From the NCBI GenBank assembly GCA_965248445.1, contig CBDFJG010000004.1, forward strand, positions 512,001-576,000: 64,000 nucleotides of DNA, written 5' to 3'. Source of the stretch: Planctomycetota bacterium (lineage in GTDB: Bacteria > Planctomycetota > JAJSAM01 > JAJVHW01). Each line of letters starts with the position of its first letter. Position 1 is the stretch's first letter. Shown here in pieces: positions 19,921 through 31,495 of this stretch. A program made the translations under genes and the position numbers. The notes beneath the pieces were generated by a model that was not told where the DNA came from, ran no database searches, and was given only the letters and a program-made list of their open reading frames with translations.

Positions 19921-20000
19921 GGCACGGCGGCCGTCCTCCAGCCAGGTGTGCCTGCACTTCGTTGTGACCGCCGCCCCGAGTCTAGAGATAGGCTCGCAGC

Positions 20001-20872
20001 ATGTCCGCGTTCGACAGCTCGGAGCAGTCCAAGTCCCGGTCCTCGCAGCCGGTTCGACAGCCCCTCGTCGGAGTCGATGTTCCCCGTGTGGACTTCCAGA
20101 TCGTCGGGGCGATGAAGTGCGGCACCACCACGCTCCGCCGCGCGCTGACGGCTCACCCCGATGTGTATCTGCCGCCCGGCGAGCAGCACTTCTTCGGCAA
20201 CCACCGCCGCTACCTCTCCGCATGGCAGGACGGCGTGCTCGACGCAGAGCGCTTCGAAGAGGTGTACGCCGCCCAGTTCCGGTCCCAAGCCCGGGTGGTG
20301 GGAGGCAAGACGCCCAGCTACATCATGTCGATGGTGTCTCTCGAGCGCATGCAGCGGTTCCACCCGGACACGAAGGTGATCGTGATCTTGCGCTGCCCCA
20401 TCGACCGCGCGCAGTCCCACTGGAACCACTTGGTTCGTAGACGGGCACGCGGCCAGGGTCCGGCCACGCTCGTCGGAGAGAGCTTCGAGGCCCACATCGA
20501 ACGAGATGTCGCGGAGCTGGATCGCGCTCGCGACCCGGCCGTCGAGATGCGCGGCACGAACATCGTCTGGCGCGGCATGTACGCACCGCAACTCCACAAC
20601 GTTCGGCGCTTCTTCCCGGAGGAGCGCACCTTCGTGGGCGTCTTGGAGGATCTCAAGTCCGCACCCGAGACCTTCTTGCAACGGCTGTGCACGTTCCTCG
20701 ACATCGAGTACATGCCCGAACTCGTACGCGCCGCGGCAGACAGCGGGAGCCGCGCGCCAGGGCACACCGAGCAGCTGACCTCGGATGCGCGGACGCGCTT
20801 GCGCGAGGTGTACGCGGACAGCGTCCATGCGCTCGAGCAGATGCTGGGCCGCGATCTCCGCGGTTGGTTGCG

Positions 20873-20876
<4 letters not shown>
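20001..20876 (+). CDS. Sulfotransferase family protein
   Basis: IVGAMKCGTTTL; GKTPSY; ILRCPIDRAQSHW. Confidence 0.88.
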
Positions 20877-22329
<1,453 letters not shown>

Positions 22330-22336
<7 letters not shown>

Positions 22337-22587
22337 CGCGCAAGCCCGACGAACACCCGAACGACCCGCTCTTCGGCATCACGCTCAAGGTCATGCTGGA
22401 GGAACTGGTCAAGCGCCAGGGCTGGGAGCAACTGGCCGAGCAGATCAACATCCGCTGCTTCTACTCCGACCCCAGCATCTCCTCGAGTCTCAAGTTCCTG
22501 CGCCGGACACCCTGGGCGCGCAAGAAGGTGGAGCAGGTCTACCTCGCCGACCTGTGGGCACGGAAGCGACGCGAGCGCCGCGAGTGA
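22330..22587 (+). CDS. VF530-family (DUF2132) small DNA-binding protein
   Basis: NDPLFGITL...GWEQL...[28 protein letters not shown]. Confidence 0.88.
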
Positions 22588-22680
22588 CGCGGACGCCAGA
22601 GACGCCTCGCGGGTGCGGCATCCACACATCTTGGGGAACAGCGCACGAAAGGGAACTGACGCCGATTCGGTGGCGTGTGA

Positions 22681-23031
22681 TCAGAGAGTCGGTCTCCGTG
22701 TGCGTCGCGCGAACTGTCGGCCTGCGAGCAGGAGCAGGAGCGGGAAAACGACGACCACTCCCAGGTTGAACTCGGTCGCACGCTCGAACTCCCCGTGCAA
22801 GCACCAGCTCACGGCGCGCGTGATGCCGCAGCCAGGGCACTCCCTGCCGCTCAGCGCAAGGACGGGGCAGAGATCCGGACCGGACTCCACGAGGTGGACC
22901 GGCGACACGGCAAGCACGCCCAGCCCCGCGGCGATCCCCCACCGTCCACCGAGCAGCCACAACGCATCCGCCCATCGACGGACACCGCCCGTCTCTGGTT
23001 GCACCGCTCCGGCACGACCGGTTGATCCCAT
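22681..23031 (-). CDS. DUF2752 membrane protein
   Basis: LCP...CPGCGITRA...LHGEF..A..FN. Confidence 0.75.
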   Translation of the reverse strand: MGSTGRAGAVQPETGGVRRWADALWLLGGRWGIAAGLGVLAVSPVHLVESGPDLCPVLALSGRECPGCGITRAVSWCLHGEFERATEFNLGVVVVFPLLLLLAGRQFARRTRRPTL

Positions 23032-23048
23032 TCGACGCACGTGCGCCT

Positions 23049-23279
23049 TCAGGTGACCCTGAGAGTCCGGCCGTGGATGTCCCGGTAGGTGCCGTTGGCG
23101 ATCGCCACCAGGTCGACGATCGTCCCGATGAGGCAGAGCCCGCCGGTGAACAGATAGACGACTCCGAGCAGTATGTGCCCGGAGAGGAAGCGGTGGATCC
23201 CCGCTGCGGCAACGAATCCCACACAGCAGAGGATCAGCATCGTCGTGCGGTCCATCGGAGGGCTCAAGGGCTCGGACAT
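23049..23279 (-). CDS. TM2 domain protein
   Basis: GIHRFLSGHILLGVVYLFTGGLCLIGTIVDL. Confidence 0.85.
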   Translation of the reverse strand: MSEPLSPPMDRTTMLILCCVGFVAAAGIHRFLSGHILLGVVYLFTGGLCLIGTIVDLVAIANGTYRDIHGRTLRVT

Positions 23280-23464
23280 GACAGTCGGCTCCGGATGTGA
23301 GTGAAATGCTCCGCGTCACGCGTGTGGAGACGTAGGAGGAATGCTATCCATCGCGTCGCGCGCCTGGAACTGCGCTGTTCGCGACGGCCGCGGTGACGCT
23401 GCCGGCCGCTCGCGGCCGCGGCCAACCCGAGCGTCCCGGCAACGCGCGCTCGGCGTCCCCTCCG

Positions 23465-23708
23465 CAAGGCAAACATGAGGCACGCAACGCGAGACCGCGG
23501 TCTCATCATCGCGGCGCAACGACTGCCGTAAACCACCACCCCGACTGCATCTCCGGTTCGAGGTCGACCCCCAGCCCATCCGCGATTCTATTGATGTAGT
23601 TGGTGCGCCGCGAGCCACACTGCATCCAACACGATCCAACGCGCTCCAGCCTGGACCCCTCCGCAGCCGACTCCATGTGCGTTTCCTTAAGGCACACGTA
23701 GGGCACAC
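23465..23708. mobile_element. att-like junction 1 (left arm 23465-23485, core 23548-23602, right arm 23688-23708)
   Basis: Core encodes NYINRIADGLGVDLEPEM on the minus strand; arms CAAGGCAAACATGAGGCACGC and TAAGGCACACGTAGGGCACAC. Confidence 0.85.
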
Positions 23709-23880
23709 ACGGCGTTAGCGCAGATAGGGCGTTGCGCGCCCCGCTCCGGAGCGTTCACTGAGTGCGCATGGCGTCGAATCGTACCGACGGTGACGAGCCT
23801 TGCGCACTCGGAGGTCTAGCCGTTGATCCGCGGCATCCGGGAGCGGATACTCGCGCTTGAGGTTTCCGTGCGAAAGGGGA

Positions 23881-24978
23881 ATGCACATGACGATGCGAAC
23901 AACCGTGACCGCCGCCTTGGTGGTGCTTCTGACGGCACCGGCGCTGGCCGACACGATCCGCGTGCCGGGCGACCACGCCACGATTCAGGCGGCCGTGGAT
24001 GCCGCCGGCAACGGCGACGAGATCCAGATCAGGGGCGGCACGTACGCGGAGGCCATCGTCGTGATGGACACGGCCGACCTCACGATCATCGGCAAGCGCG
24101 GCGCGACCATCGAACCGCCTGGCAGCGACGAAGGGATCACCGCGCAGAACTGCGTCGGTCTCGTCATCAAGGGACTGCGGTTCGAGGGCGGAGGACGCGG
24201 GATCTTGGTGTCGGGGTGCGACAACGCGCGCATCGAGAAGTGCCGATCGAGCGACAACCAGAACGGGGGGTTCGAGATCCGAGCCTCGCAGAACGTGACC
24301 GTCACGAAGTGCAGGGTCGAGGGGGGCCAGGGCGAGGGAATCAAGTTCGGTGACGGCAACCCGGACCAACAGGTCACTGGCGGTGAGGTCTCGAAGTGCC
24401 GCGTGCGCGACGTCAGCGGGGATGGATTCCGCATCAATGCCAACGGTTCCACGATCTCGAAGTGCAGGTGCGACGGTGCCGAGAGCGGATTCGATGTCGA
24501 GGATGCGAGCCAGGGAGTCACGGTCGAGAAGTGCCGCTCGTTCGACGTGTCCGACGAGGCGTTCAAGACCAACGCCCCCGGGACCAACTTCGTCAAGTGC
24601 CTCGCGAAAGACGCCGACGAGGAGGGCTACGACGTCGAGGCCGACATGTGCGAAGTCGAGAAGTGCAAGGCGATCGACTGTCGCCGCGGAATAGAGTTCG
24701 AGGGAGTGACGAGCGGCATGGCCGCGAACTGCAAGCTGATCAAGTGCCGGGAGGTCGGCGTCGCCCTGTTCGGAGCAACCGGGGTCACGGTCGAGGGCTG
24801 CCTCTCGAAGAAGGCCGGTGACTTCGGGTTCCACGTGCGCGACGACTCGAACACCAACACCCTTACGAAGAACAAGGGCGTCAAGAACGGCGAGGCGGAT
24901 CTGCGAGACGAGAACGGCGAAGGATCGAACACGTACACGGACAACAAGTTCAAGGTCGAGGACTTCTCGAGTCCCTAA
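23881..24978 (+). CDS. Secreted right-handed parallel beta-helix repeat protein
   Basis: Signal peptide, IRVPGDHATIQAAVDAA..GD.I.IRGGTY, repeated xxKC beta-helix turns; AAAGGGGA upstream. Confidence 0.85.
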   Translation: MHMTMRTTVTAALVVLLTAPALADTIRVPGDHATIQAAVDAAGNGDEIQIRGGTYAEAIVVMDTADLTIIGKRGATIEPPGSDEGITAQNCVGLVIKGLRFEGGGRGILVSGCDNARIEKCRSSDNQNGGFEIRASQNVTVTKCRVEGGQGEGIKFGDGNPDQQVTGGEVSKCRVRDVSGDGFRINANGSTISKCRCDGAESGFDVEDASQGVTVEKCRSFDVSDEAFKTNAPGTNFVKCLAKDADEEGYDVEADMCEVEKCKAIDCRRGIEFEGVTSGMAANCKLIKCREVGVALFGATGVTVEGCLSKKAGDFGFHVRDDSNTNTLTKNKGVKNGEADLRDENGEGSNTYTDNKFKVEDFSSP

Positions 24979-25136
24979 CAAGGGCGAGTGAGCTCCGGGC
25001 GCTCCTCCGGGTCGCTACTCAGCGCGGCTCGTCCCCCTCACGAGAGGAGCCTCCATGCCCCGTTCCCACGGCAGACCTGCTGCGAACCGCCATCGGCGCG
25101 CGAGCAGCGCAACGACTGACCCGCAGGGACATCTCC

Positions 25137-25300
25137 TTGCGCGATCTCGGCCGCTGCAGCGTCGCGGAACTGACAAGCACGTACGGCCTCAGTGAGCGGG
25201 CCGCCGAGAGGGCAGTCGCCGTCTGCGAGCTCGCCCGCCGACACGCTCAGGAACCGCTTCGACGGGGAATGCCATTCCGGTCAAGCGGCGACGTCTCCGG
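25137..25300 (+). pseudogene. Internal fragment of radC (JAB family)
   Basis: LRDLGRCSVAELTSTYGLSERAAERAVAVCELARRHAQEPLRRGMPFRSSGDV resembles the RadC N-terminal helix-hairpin-helix region and linker; it stops just before att junction 2. Confidence 0.6.
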
Positions 25301-25333
25301 GCGGCCCGTCGAGACTAACTACTGGTCCTGCAA

Positions 25334-25494
25334 CATCTCCGGCTCGAGGTCGACGCCCAATCCGTCGGCGATGCGGTTGATGTAGTTGGTGCGCCCCGAG
25401 CCCCACTGCATCCCACACGACCCAACACCAGCGAGCCTGGCCCCCACTGGAGCCAACGCGAAGTGCGTTCTCTTAAGGCACACATAGGGCACAC
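25334..25494. mobile_element. att-like junction 2 (core 25334-25388, right arm 25474-25494; left arm absent)
   Basis: Core encodes NYINRIADGLGVDLEPEM followed by LQDQ*; perfect TAAGGCACACATAGGGCACAC 85 bp after the core. Confidence 0.88.
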
Positions 25495-25635
25495 ACGGCC
25501 GCGGCATCGACGCGGCGGATGGAGCAGGCCGCGACTCGCCCGGGGGACGGCCCACGTGCTTTGCGGCGGCGGGGTGACGCGGAGGGGCGGACGCGATTGG
25601 AGTGCGCCGCGCGGCGGCTGTCGGCGGGCGACGGG

Positions 25636-25728
25636 CGTACGGGGTCAGGACAAGGTCGGGAGCGTTCGTGGCGGTACCGCTCCGCACTCGGCGGTCCGAA
25701 CCCCCGAACTCTGTCCTGACTCCGTACG
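25636..25728. repeat. 93-bp palindromic REP/MITE-like element
   Basis: CGTACGGGGTCAGGACA...TGTCCTGACTCCGTACG (16/17 inverted match), extending imperfectly to about 32 bp. Confidence 0.7.
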
Positions 25729-26099
25729 ACCGGACCGCGCAACGGCTACATCTTGCCCCCGGGTCCTCGTCGACGTTCACGCACCTAACTCCCCCCCTCG
25801 TTGCCGCCTCCATCGAGACGCCTCATCTCTTGTTCTTGCCGCCCTTCCGGTTGCCGAAGTTGACGGCCGATGCCCATGGATGGCGTCAACGTCACCGTTG
25901 CGATCGACGGGATCGGCGAGGCCACGCCCGTCAACGTAGAGCTACGGCGCGCCGGTGTACCCTGGGCGCCGAAGGCCAACGCCGACACGGAAAGGGCAGC
26001 CTGATGCGGACGACTCAATCTTCAGAAGTCCGTATTCACACCGCCCGGAGGCGTTCTCGCGGCGGGATCGTACCCTCAGGGGGGGGATAGACTCCCCCC

Positions 26100-27224
26100 A
26101 TGAGTCAGCGTCCGCCCGCCCCCGAGTTCTCATCCGCCGGCGTGCTCGGGCTCGGGACGGCGTTGCCGGCGTTCCTGGTCGACCAGAGCGCGGCGGCGCG
26201 AGCCGTGGGGCGCCTGACAGGGCGACCGCGTCGTGTCGCCCGCACGTTCGCGCTGGCCGGCGTCGCCACCCGCTACGCCTGTGTCGCCGACTTCGACCCT
26301 GATCGGCCGGGGCCGCTCGCGCGCCTCCCGGCGCCCTCCACCGCCGAGCGCATGACGATCTTCGCGCGCGAAGCGCCCCTCCTCGCGGCTGTTGCCGCGC
26401 GGAGGGCCCTTGACTCCGCGGGACTGTCCGGCGACGCCATCGGGCACCTCGTCGTCGTCACCTGCACCGGCTTCTCCGCACCCGGCGTCGACCTCGCGCT
26501 GGTCGATGCGCTCGGGCTGCCGCCGGATGTGGACCGCACCGTGGTCGGATTCATGGGCTGCCACGGTGCGTTCAACGGGCTCCGCGCCGCGCGGGGTGCG
26601 GTAGCCGCCACAGGCCGCGCAGCCCTCGTCGTCTGCGTCGAGCTCGGAAGCCTGCACGTGCAGCCGGCATCGTCGCGCGAGGCGCTCGTGTCCGCGTCGT
26701 TGTTCGGCGACGGGGCGGCAGCGGTCGTCGTGGGAGCCGACGCCGGTCGCGGCGCCCTGCTGCGGCTGACGGGCGGAGCGAGCCACCTGGCCGAGGGCAC
26801 GCGCGACGCGATGTCCTGGTCGATCGGCCCGAACGGATTCGTCATGTCGCTCGCTCCCACGCTGCCGGCCGCCGTGGCGAGCGCCGTGCGTCTGCTCGCC
26901 GACCGGCTCGGTATCGACGGCGTCGATCCGGCCGGGCTCTGCGTGCACCCCGGCGGCCCAGCCGTCCTGGATCGCGTCGAGGATGCGCTCGGTCTGCAAC
27001 CCGGCGCGCTCGACGTGTCGCGCGACGCGCTGCGGGAGCACGGCAACCTCTCCAGCGCCACGATCCTGTTCGTGCTCGCCCGCGTGCTGCCGGAGCTCAC
27101 CGCAGGTGCCCCCGGGCTCCTTCTCGGCTTCGGTCCCGGGCTGACCGTCGAAGGGTTGGGATTCGTACGGGGCACGCGTCCGTTCGTCCACCGGCGCGTC
27201 GCGATCCCCGTTGCGATCGGATGA
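26100..27224 (+). CDS. Type III polyketide synthase (chalcone synthase-like)
   Basis: Catalytic triad: GFMGCHG (Cys), HPGG (His), GNLSS (Asn); LFGDG; FGPGLT. Confidence 0.93.
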   Translation: MSQRPPAPEFSSAGVLGLGTALPAFLVDQSAAARAVGRLTGRPRRVARTFALAGVATRYACVADFDPDRPGPLARLPAPSTAERMTIFAREAPLLAAVAARRALDSAGLSGDAIGHLVVVTCTGFSAPGVDLALVDALGLPPDVDRTVVGFMGCHGAFNGLRAARGAVAATGRAALVVCVELGSLHVQPASSREALVSASLFGDGAAAVVVGADAGRGALLRLTGGASHLAEGTRDAMSWSIGPNGFVMSLAPTLPAAVASAVRLLADRLGIDGVDPAGLCVHPGGPAVLDRVEDALGLQPGALDVSRDALREHGNLSSATILFVLARVLPELTAGAPGLLLGFGPGLTVEGLGFVRGTRPFVHRRVAIPVAIG

Positions 27225-27949
27225 TCGCGCGCCTGCTGCCGCCCCCGCTCGCTACGCGAAGCGCGGGGCCCGAGCTCATGGACGACCTCGACGGCATCGG
27301 GGGCGCGGAACTCGCGGTTACCCTCCGCGAGCTGGAGCAGATCAACCGCTGGCTCGGCGGGCACGGCACCACGCGCCGCGCGCTCGATCTCCTTGCCGCG
27401 CGCGTGGACCTCGACACACGACGCCCTCTCCGCGCACTCGACGTCGGTGGCGGGTCGGGCGACGCGGTTCCCGTGATCATCGACTGGGCTACTCGACGGG
27501 GTCTCTCGCTCGAGGTCGTCACCGTCGACCTGCATCCGGAGACGACGCGTGCCGCCGCGGAGAGACTTGCCAACGTCGCCGTGGCGCGGGCCATCTGCGG
27601 CGACGCGTTCGCGTACGAAGACGCCTCATTCGACATTGTGCATGCTTCCCTGTTCCTGCACCACTTCGACGGCGACGACGCGGCACGCGCACTCTCGGAG
27701 ATGCGCCGCATCGCGCGACTCGGCGTCGTCCTGAACGACCTGCGGCGCGAGGCGCTTCCGTGGCTGCTGGTGCGGGCGCTCACGGCGGGCTTCTCGCAGA
27801 ACCGGCTCATCCGCGCGGATGCGCCGCACTCCGTCGCGCGCGGATTCCGTCGCGCGGACTGGGACGCCCTCGGCCCCGCCGCGGGGCTCGAGTTGACGCT
27901 GCAACGGACGTGGGCGTTCCGCTGGGCAATCGCGGGTGTGTGCACATGA
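27221..27949 (+). CDS. SAM-dependent methyltransferase
   Basis: ELMDD...INRWLGG, LDVGGGSGD, SLFLHHF, NDLRR; ATGA overlap with the PKS. Confidence 0.88.
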   Translation: MIARLLPPPLATRSAGPELMDDLDGIGGAELAVTLRELEQINRWLGGHGTTRRALDLLAARVDLDTRRPLRALDVGGGSGDAVPVIIDWATRRGLSLEVVTVDLHPETTRAAAERLANVAVARAICGDAFAYEDASFDIVHASLFLHHFDGDDAARALSEMRRIARLGVVLNDLRREALPWLLVRALTAGFSQNRLIRADAPHSVARGFRRADWDALGPAAGLELTLQRTWAFRWAIAGVCT

Positions 27950-29115
27950 GCACGCAGCGGGCTCCACGCGTGGTCGTGATCGGCGGCGGGCCGGGCGGCT
28001 TGTCGGCGGCGACGACACTCGCGCGCGGCGGCGCGGACGTCACGGTCCTTGAGGCCGGGAACTTCCCGCGACACCGCGTGTGCGGTGAGTTCCTCTCTCC
28101 CGAAGCGCTTCCGCTGCTACGCGATCTCGGCGTCGCCGCAGATGTCCTCGCACCCGCGCCGGTGCTGTCGCATGTGCGAGTGTCCGTCGCGCGCGACGGA
28201 CGAGAGAGCGCACGTCTCGAGGCGGCGCTCCCGGTCGCCGGACGTGGCGTGTCGCGACACGAGCTCGACGCCGCGCTCGCGGCCGCGGCGCGACGCGCGG
28301 GTGCTGTGGTGCGCGAAGGCTCGCGCGTCCACGCGATCGAGGCGGTGGGCCCGTTGCTCCACGTGCACGCCGCACGAGGTGACATCGAGGCCGAGGCCGC
28401 GGTGCTCGCGACAGGGAGGCTCCGACGCCCCCCGGGCGCGCGCACACCCCGTAACGCGAACGCGCTCCGTCACCTGGGCGTGAAGGTCCACGTGCGGGGA
28501 CTCGCGCTCGGCGACGGGACGCAGCTGCACTTCGTGGAGGGAGCCTACGTGGGCCTGAACGACGTCGTCTCCGGCGGAGAGCGGTTGACGAACGTGTGCG
28601 CACTCTTGACGCACCGCGCCCTCGCGGAAGCGCCGCGCGACCCGCTCGCGGTGCTTGAGTGGCTGGCGGCAGCGAGCCCGGGCTTCGCACGCCACTGGCG
28701 CGCGGCGCGCGTGGACGCAACGACTCTTGCCACGGCCGCACACTTCGGATTCGACGCACGCGGAGCGGTCTCGCGGATCGGCGACGCGCCCGTCGTCGCG
28801 GTCGGTGACGCCGCCGTCGCCGTCACGCCGTTGATCGGCGACGGGCAGGCCGCCGCGCTGGCCAACGGACGCGACGCGGCGCAGGCGCTGTTGGCCGGCA
28901 CGGAAGAGGCTCCGACCGTCGCCTACCGCCGTCGTCATGCGCTCTCCATGGGTCTGCGGCTGCGGGCCGGGCGCGCGCTCCAGAGCGTTCTGGTGCGACC
29001 CCGGGCTGCCGGCCTGCTGGTCGGGACCGCAGCGCGCCTGACACCGTTGGTGCGGTCGCTCTTCGTGGTGACGCGCGGACCGCTTCCGCTCCCCGTAGCT
29101 CCAAACGCTCGGTAG
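27946..29115 (+). CDS. FAD-dependent oxidoreductase/monooxygenase
   Basis: VVVIGGGPGG, FPRHRVCGEFLSPE, VGDAA..TPLIGDG; ATGA overlap. Confidence 0.88.
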   Translation: MSTQRAPRVVVIGGGPGGLSAATTLARGGADVTVLEAGNFPRHRVCGEFLSPEALPLLRDLGVAADVLAPAPVLSHVRVSVARDGRESARLEAALPVAGRGVSRHELDAALAAAARRAGAVVREGSRVHAIEAVGPLLHVHAARGDIEAEAAVLATGRLRRPPGARTPRNANALRHLGVKVHVRGLALGDGTQLHFVEGAYVGLNDVVSGGERLTNVCALLTHRALAEAPRDPLAVLEWLAAASPGFARHWRAARVDATTLATAAHFGFDARGAVSRIGDAPVVAVGDAAVAVTPLIGDGQAAALANGRDAAQALLAGTEEAPTVAYRRRHALSMGLRLRAGRALQSVLVRPRAAGLLVGTAARLTPLVRSLFVVTRGPLPLPVAPNAR

Positions 29116-29233
29116 TACCCCTGGCCGCGCGGCGTCCCTGGCAGCCGGACGACACACACCGCGTCGGCGGCATTCGGGCGTTGTGCTGCGTTCGCGAGCC
29201 TCGCTACGGTGCGTCCGAGAGAGGTACACGCAC

Positions 29234-29443
29234 ATGAGCGATCAGCCGGACGAGCACACAGAGGACCCCGCCGGCGACGACGCGCCCACGAGCCCGCCGC
29301 ACCGCCACGAGGCCGAGACGGTCATGGGGTCGATCCGCGCGCTGCATGGCGCGGACGCCGGGATGCGGATCGATCTCGAGGGCGCGGACGAAGCCGGCGT
29401 CAGTCCGCAGCGCGAGGCGCCGACAGGCGAGCGCTATGCCTAG
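29234..29443 (+). pseudogene. Short ORF, possibly the N-terminal remnant of a Ser/Thr kinase
   Basis: GAGAGG upstream; acidic leader ending GERYA*, where a kinase subdomain I would be expected to begin. Confidence 0.35.
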
Positions 29444-29562
29444 GAAGCGACTCTCCTGCACGGCGAACGCAACCTGCCCACCGTTCTGCGCGACTCCTGA
29501 ACGACAGAGTTCGCCGTACATCATCCGTCGCGTTCAGGCTGCGCCGCGCGTGCCTCGCTCCG

Positions 29563-29696
29563 TAAGGCACACATAGGGCACACAAGACGGGTCTCGAGTC
29601 GCACTGCCCGGAGCCGGCCGAGGACGTAACTCGTTACTCCGCCTTCATCTCCGGCTCGAGGTCGACTCCGAGTCCGTCCGCTATTCTGTTAATGTA
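29563..29696. mobile_element. att-like junction 3 (left arm 29563-29583, core 29646-29696 truncated)
   Basis: Perfect arm 62 bp before the core; core encodes YINRIADGLGVDLEPEM followed by KAE*; similarity stops after TTAATGTA. Confidence 0.85.
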
Positions 29697-29791
29697 CTCC
29701 GCTCCCGAGATGATGGCCCTCCTCGGCGTGCGCGACTTCGTGGCTGGACAAGGTCATGAATCTCGATCGCTTCGACCTTGCCTGATCCAGG

Positions 29792-30322
29792 CTACTCCGC
29801 GAGCGCGGCGAGGATCGCCTTGAGGAAGTTCGGCAGATCGTCCGGGACGCGCGCCGTGATGATCGGCCCGTCCACGGTGCACGACTGATCCGGCACGTAG
29901 ATGCCGCCCGCGTTGATCACGTCGTCCTTGACCGCGAAGTAACACCCGACGCGTCGACCGCGGATGCTCTCGGGCACGCTGCACAGCATCCACGGGCCGT
30001 GGCAGATCGCCGCGAGCACGCGGCCGGCCGCGTGCGCGTCGCGGACGAGCTGGATCATCTCCGGGCAACGGCGCATGTGGTCGGGCGCGTAGCCGCCCGG
30101 GATGACCACACAGTCGTAGTCCGCCCCGCTCACCTCCGCGGCCGCGTGCGTGCTCTTGGCCGGGTAGCCCTTCTTGCTCTCGTATGTCTCGCCGACCGCA
30201 GGGCCGACCACGTGCACCTCCGCACCCGCTTCGATGAGGCGTAGGCGCGGGTAGTGGAGCTCCAGGTCCTCGTAGAACCTCTCGACGAGGATGGCGACCT
30301 TCTTGCCCTCGAGATTGCTCAT
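29792..30322 (-). CDS. PfpI/DJ-1 family protease/deglycase
   Basis: YEDLE, IPGGYAPD, AAICHGPW, ITARVPDDL. Confidence 0.92.
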   Translation of the reverse strand: MSNLEGKKVAILVERFYEDLELHYPRLRLIEAGAEVHVVGPAVGETYESKKGYPAKSTHAAAEVSGADYDCVVIPGGYAPDHMRRCPEMIQLVRDAHAAGRVLAAICHGPWMLCSVPESIRGRRVGCYFAVKDDVINAGGIYVPDQSCTVDGPIITARVPDDLPNFLKAILAALAE

Positions 30323-30390
30323 GGGGCCGTCACGGTACCGCAGACCCGGCGCGGTCTGCGTCGCTATCCTGCGTGCGCGGGAGGTGAGCG

Positions 30391-30746
30391 GTGTCGATCC
30401 AGAGCGTGAGTGCCGTGACCTTCGCGGTGTCCGACATGGCGCGCTCGGTGCGCTTCTACGGCAGGCTCGGCCTGACGTTGGCCTACGGAGGAGAACAGGC
30501 GTCCTTCACCAGCTTCCACGCAGGCGAATCGTTCGTGAATCTCATCGAGGCGAAGGATTACGAGGGACGCTGGTGGGGACGGACCATCTTCCGGGTCGAC
30601 GACGCGGATGCGCACTACCGGTTGCAGCTCGAAGCCGGTCTGCGCCCAGACGCGCCCCGCGACGCCCCCTGGGGCGACGCTACTTTCACATCAGCGACCC
30701 CGACGGCCACGAGCTCAGCTTCGCCGAACTGCTGCCCCGCGGCTGA
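30391..30746 (+). pseudogene. VOC/glyoxalase family gene with a 1-bp frameshift
   Basis: SAVTFAVSDMARSVRFY...PRDAPWG continues in another frame as RYFHISDPDGHELSF; one base is missing near 30677 (expected WGERYF). Confidence 0.8.
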
Positions 30747-30811
30747 CGCGCGCATGGGCAACGAGCCGGGTTCATGCACGAACGCCGCGCTGCGAGCACC
30801 ATACTCGTGGC

Positions 30812-31450
30812 ATGCCGGCCCACTCGGAACGGGAGCTCGCGGCGGTGCAGGCCGCGCTCCAGCGCTGGGACATGCTGCTCGTGACCGATCGGCAGCTGCC
30901 CGCGGTGACGACGATCGTGGCCGGAGAACCCGTGCGCGGCTCGTGGTGGGGTCACGCCAAGGGTCACGCGATCTACGACCTCCTGCGCGTGCTGTACGAC
31001 GATCCGGACGTATTCCCGGTGAAGCTCGTGCACGGCAAGATCACCCTCGTGCGGCGGCCGCTGTTCGCCGCGCTCCGGGCAGTCGCCGAGGCGGACGACC
31101 CCTGGCAGACTGACGGGCTCTCACCGCTCGCACTCTGGATGCGTGACGCGGTCGCGCGGGAAGGGCGCGTTCGCGTCGACGCGCTCTCCCCACCGGCGCG
31201 GCTCGAGGGCGACACGAAGAAGGCCGCGCGGGAACTCGAGCAGCGTCTCCTCGTCGCCGCCGGACAGATCCACACGGAGTCGGGCCACCACGTGCGCGTG
31301 CTCGAGCCGCTCGCCGACGCGTTCGATCGCGCCGGTGCACCGCGCGGGGCAATGACGCCGCAGCAGGGGCGCCTGCGCTCCGTGGGCGCAGAGTGGGCGA
31401 TCGAGACAGGCGCGGCCACCCGCTTCCCCTGGATGAGCCGACGAGCCTGA
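30812..31450 (+). CDS. Conserved hypothetical protein (possible winged-helix/AlkZ-like)
   Basis: AGEPVRGSWWGHAKGHAIY...KLVHGKITLV; normal codon usage. Confidence 0.6.
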   Translation: MPAHSERELAAVQAALQRWDMLLVTDRQLPAVTTIVAGEPVRGSWWGHAKGHAIYDLLRVLYDDPDVFPVKLVHGKITLVRRPLFAALRAVAEADDPWQTDGLSPLALWMRDAVAREGRVRVDALSPPARLEGDTKKAARELEQRLLVAAGQIHTESGHHVRVLEPLADAFDRAGAPRGAMTPQQGRLRSVGAEWAIETGAATRFPWMSRRA

Positions 31451-31495
31451 CCGACCAACGGCGGACGTTGTGGGCGTTGGGCCATGACCCGGAGA

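Noticed and set aside
23581..23610. dif/Xer site (GGTGCGC next to an AT-rich patch)
   Set aside because: No recognisable XerD arm (TTATGTTAAAT) or 11-6-11 layout; distant arm repeats fit an Int-type site better.
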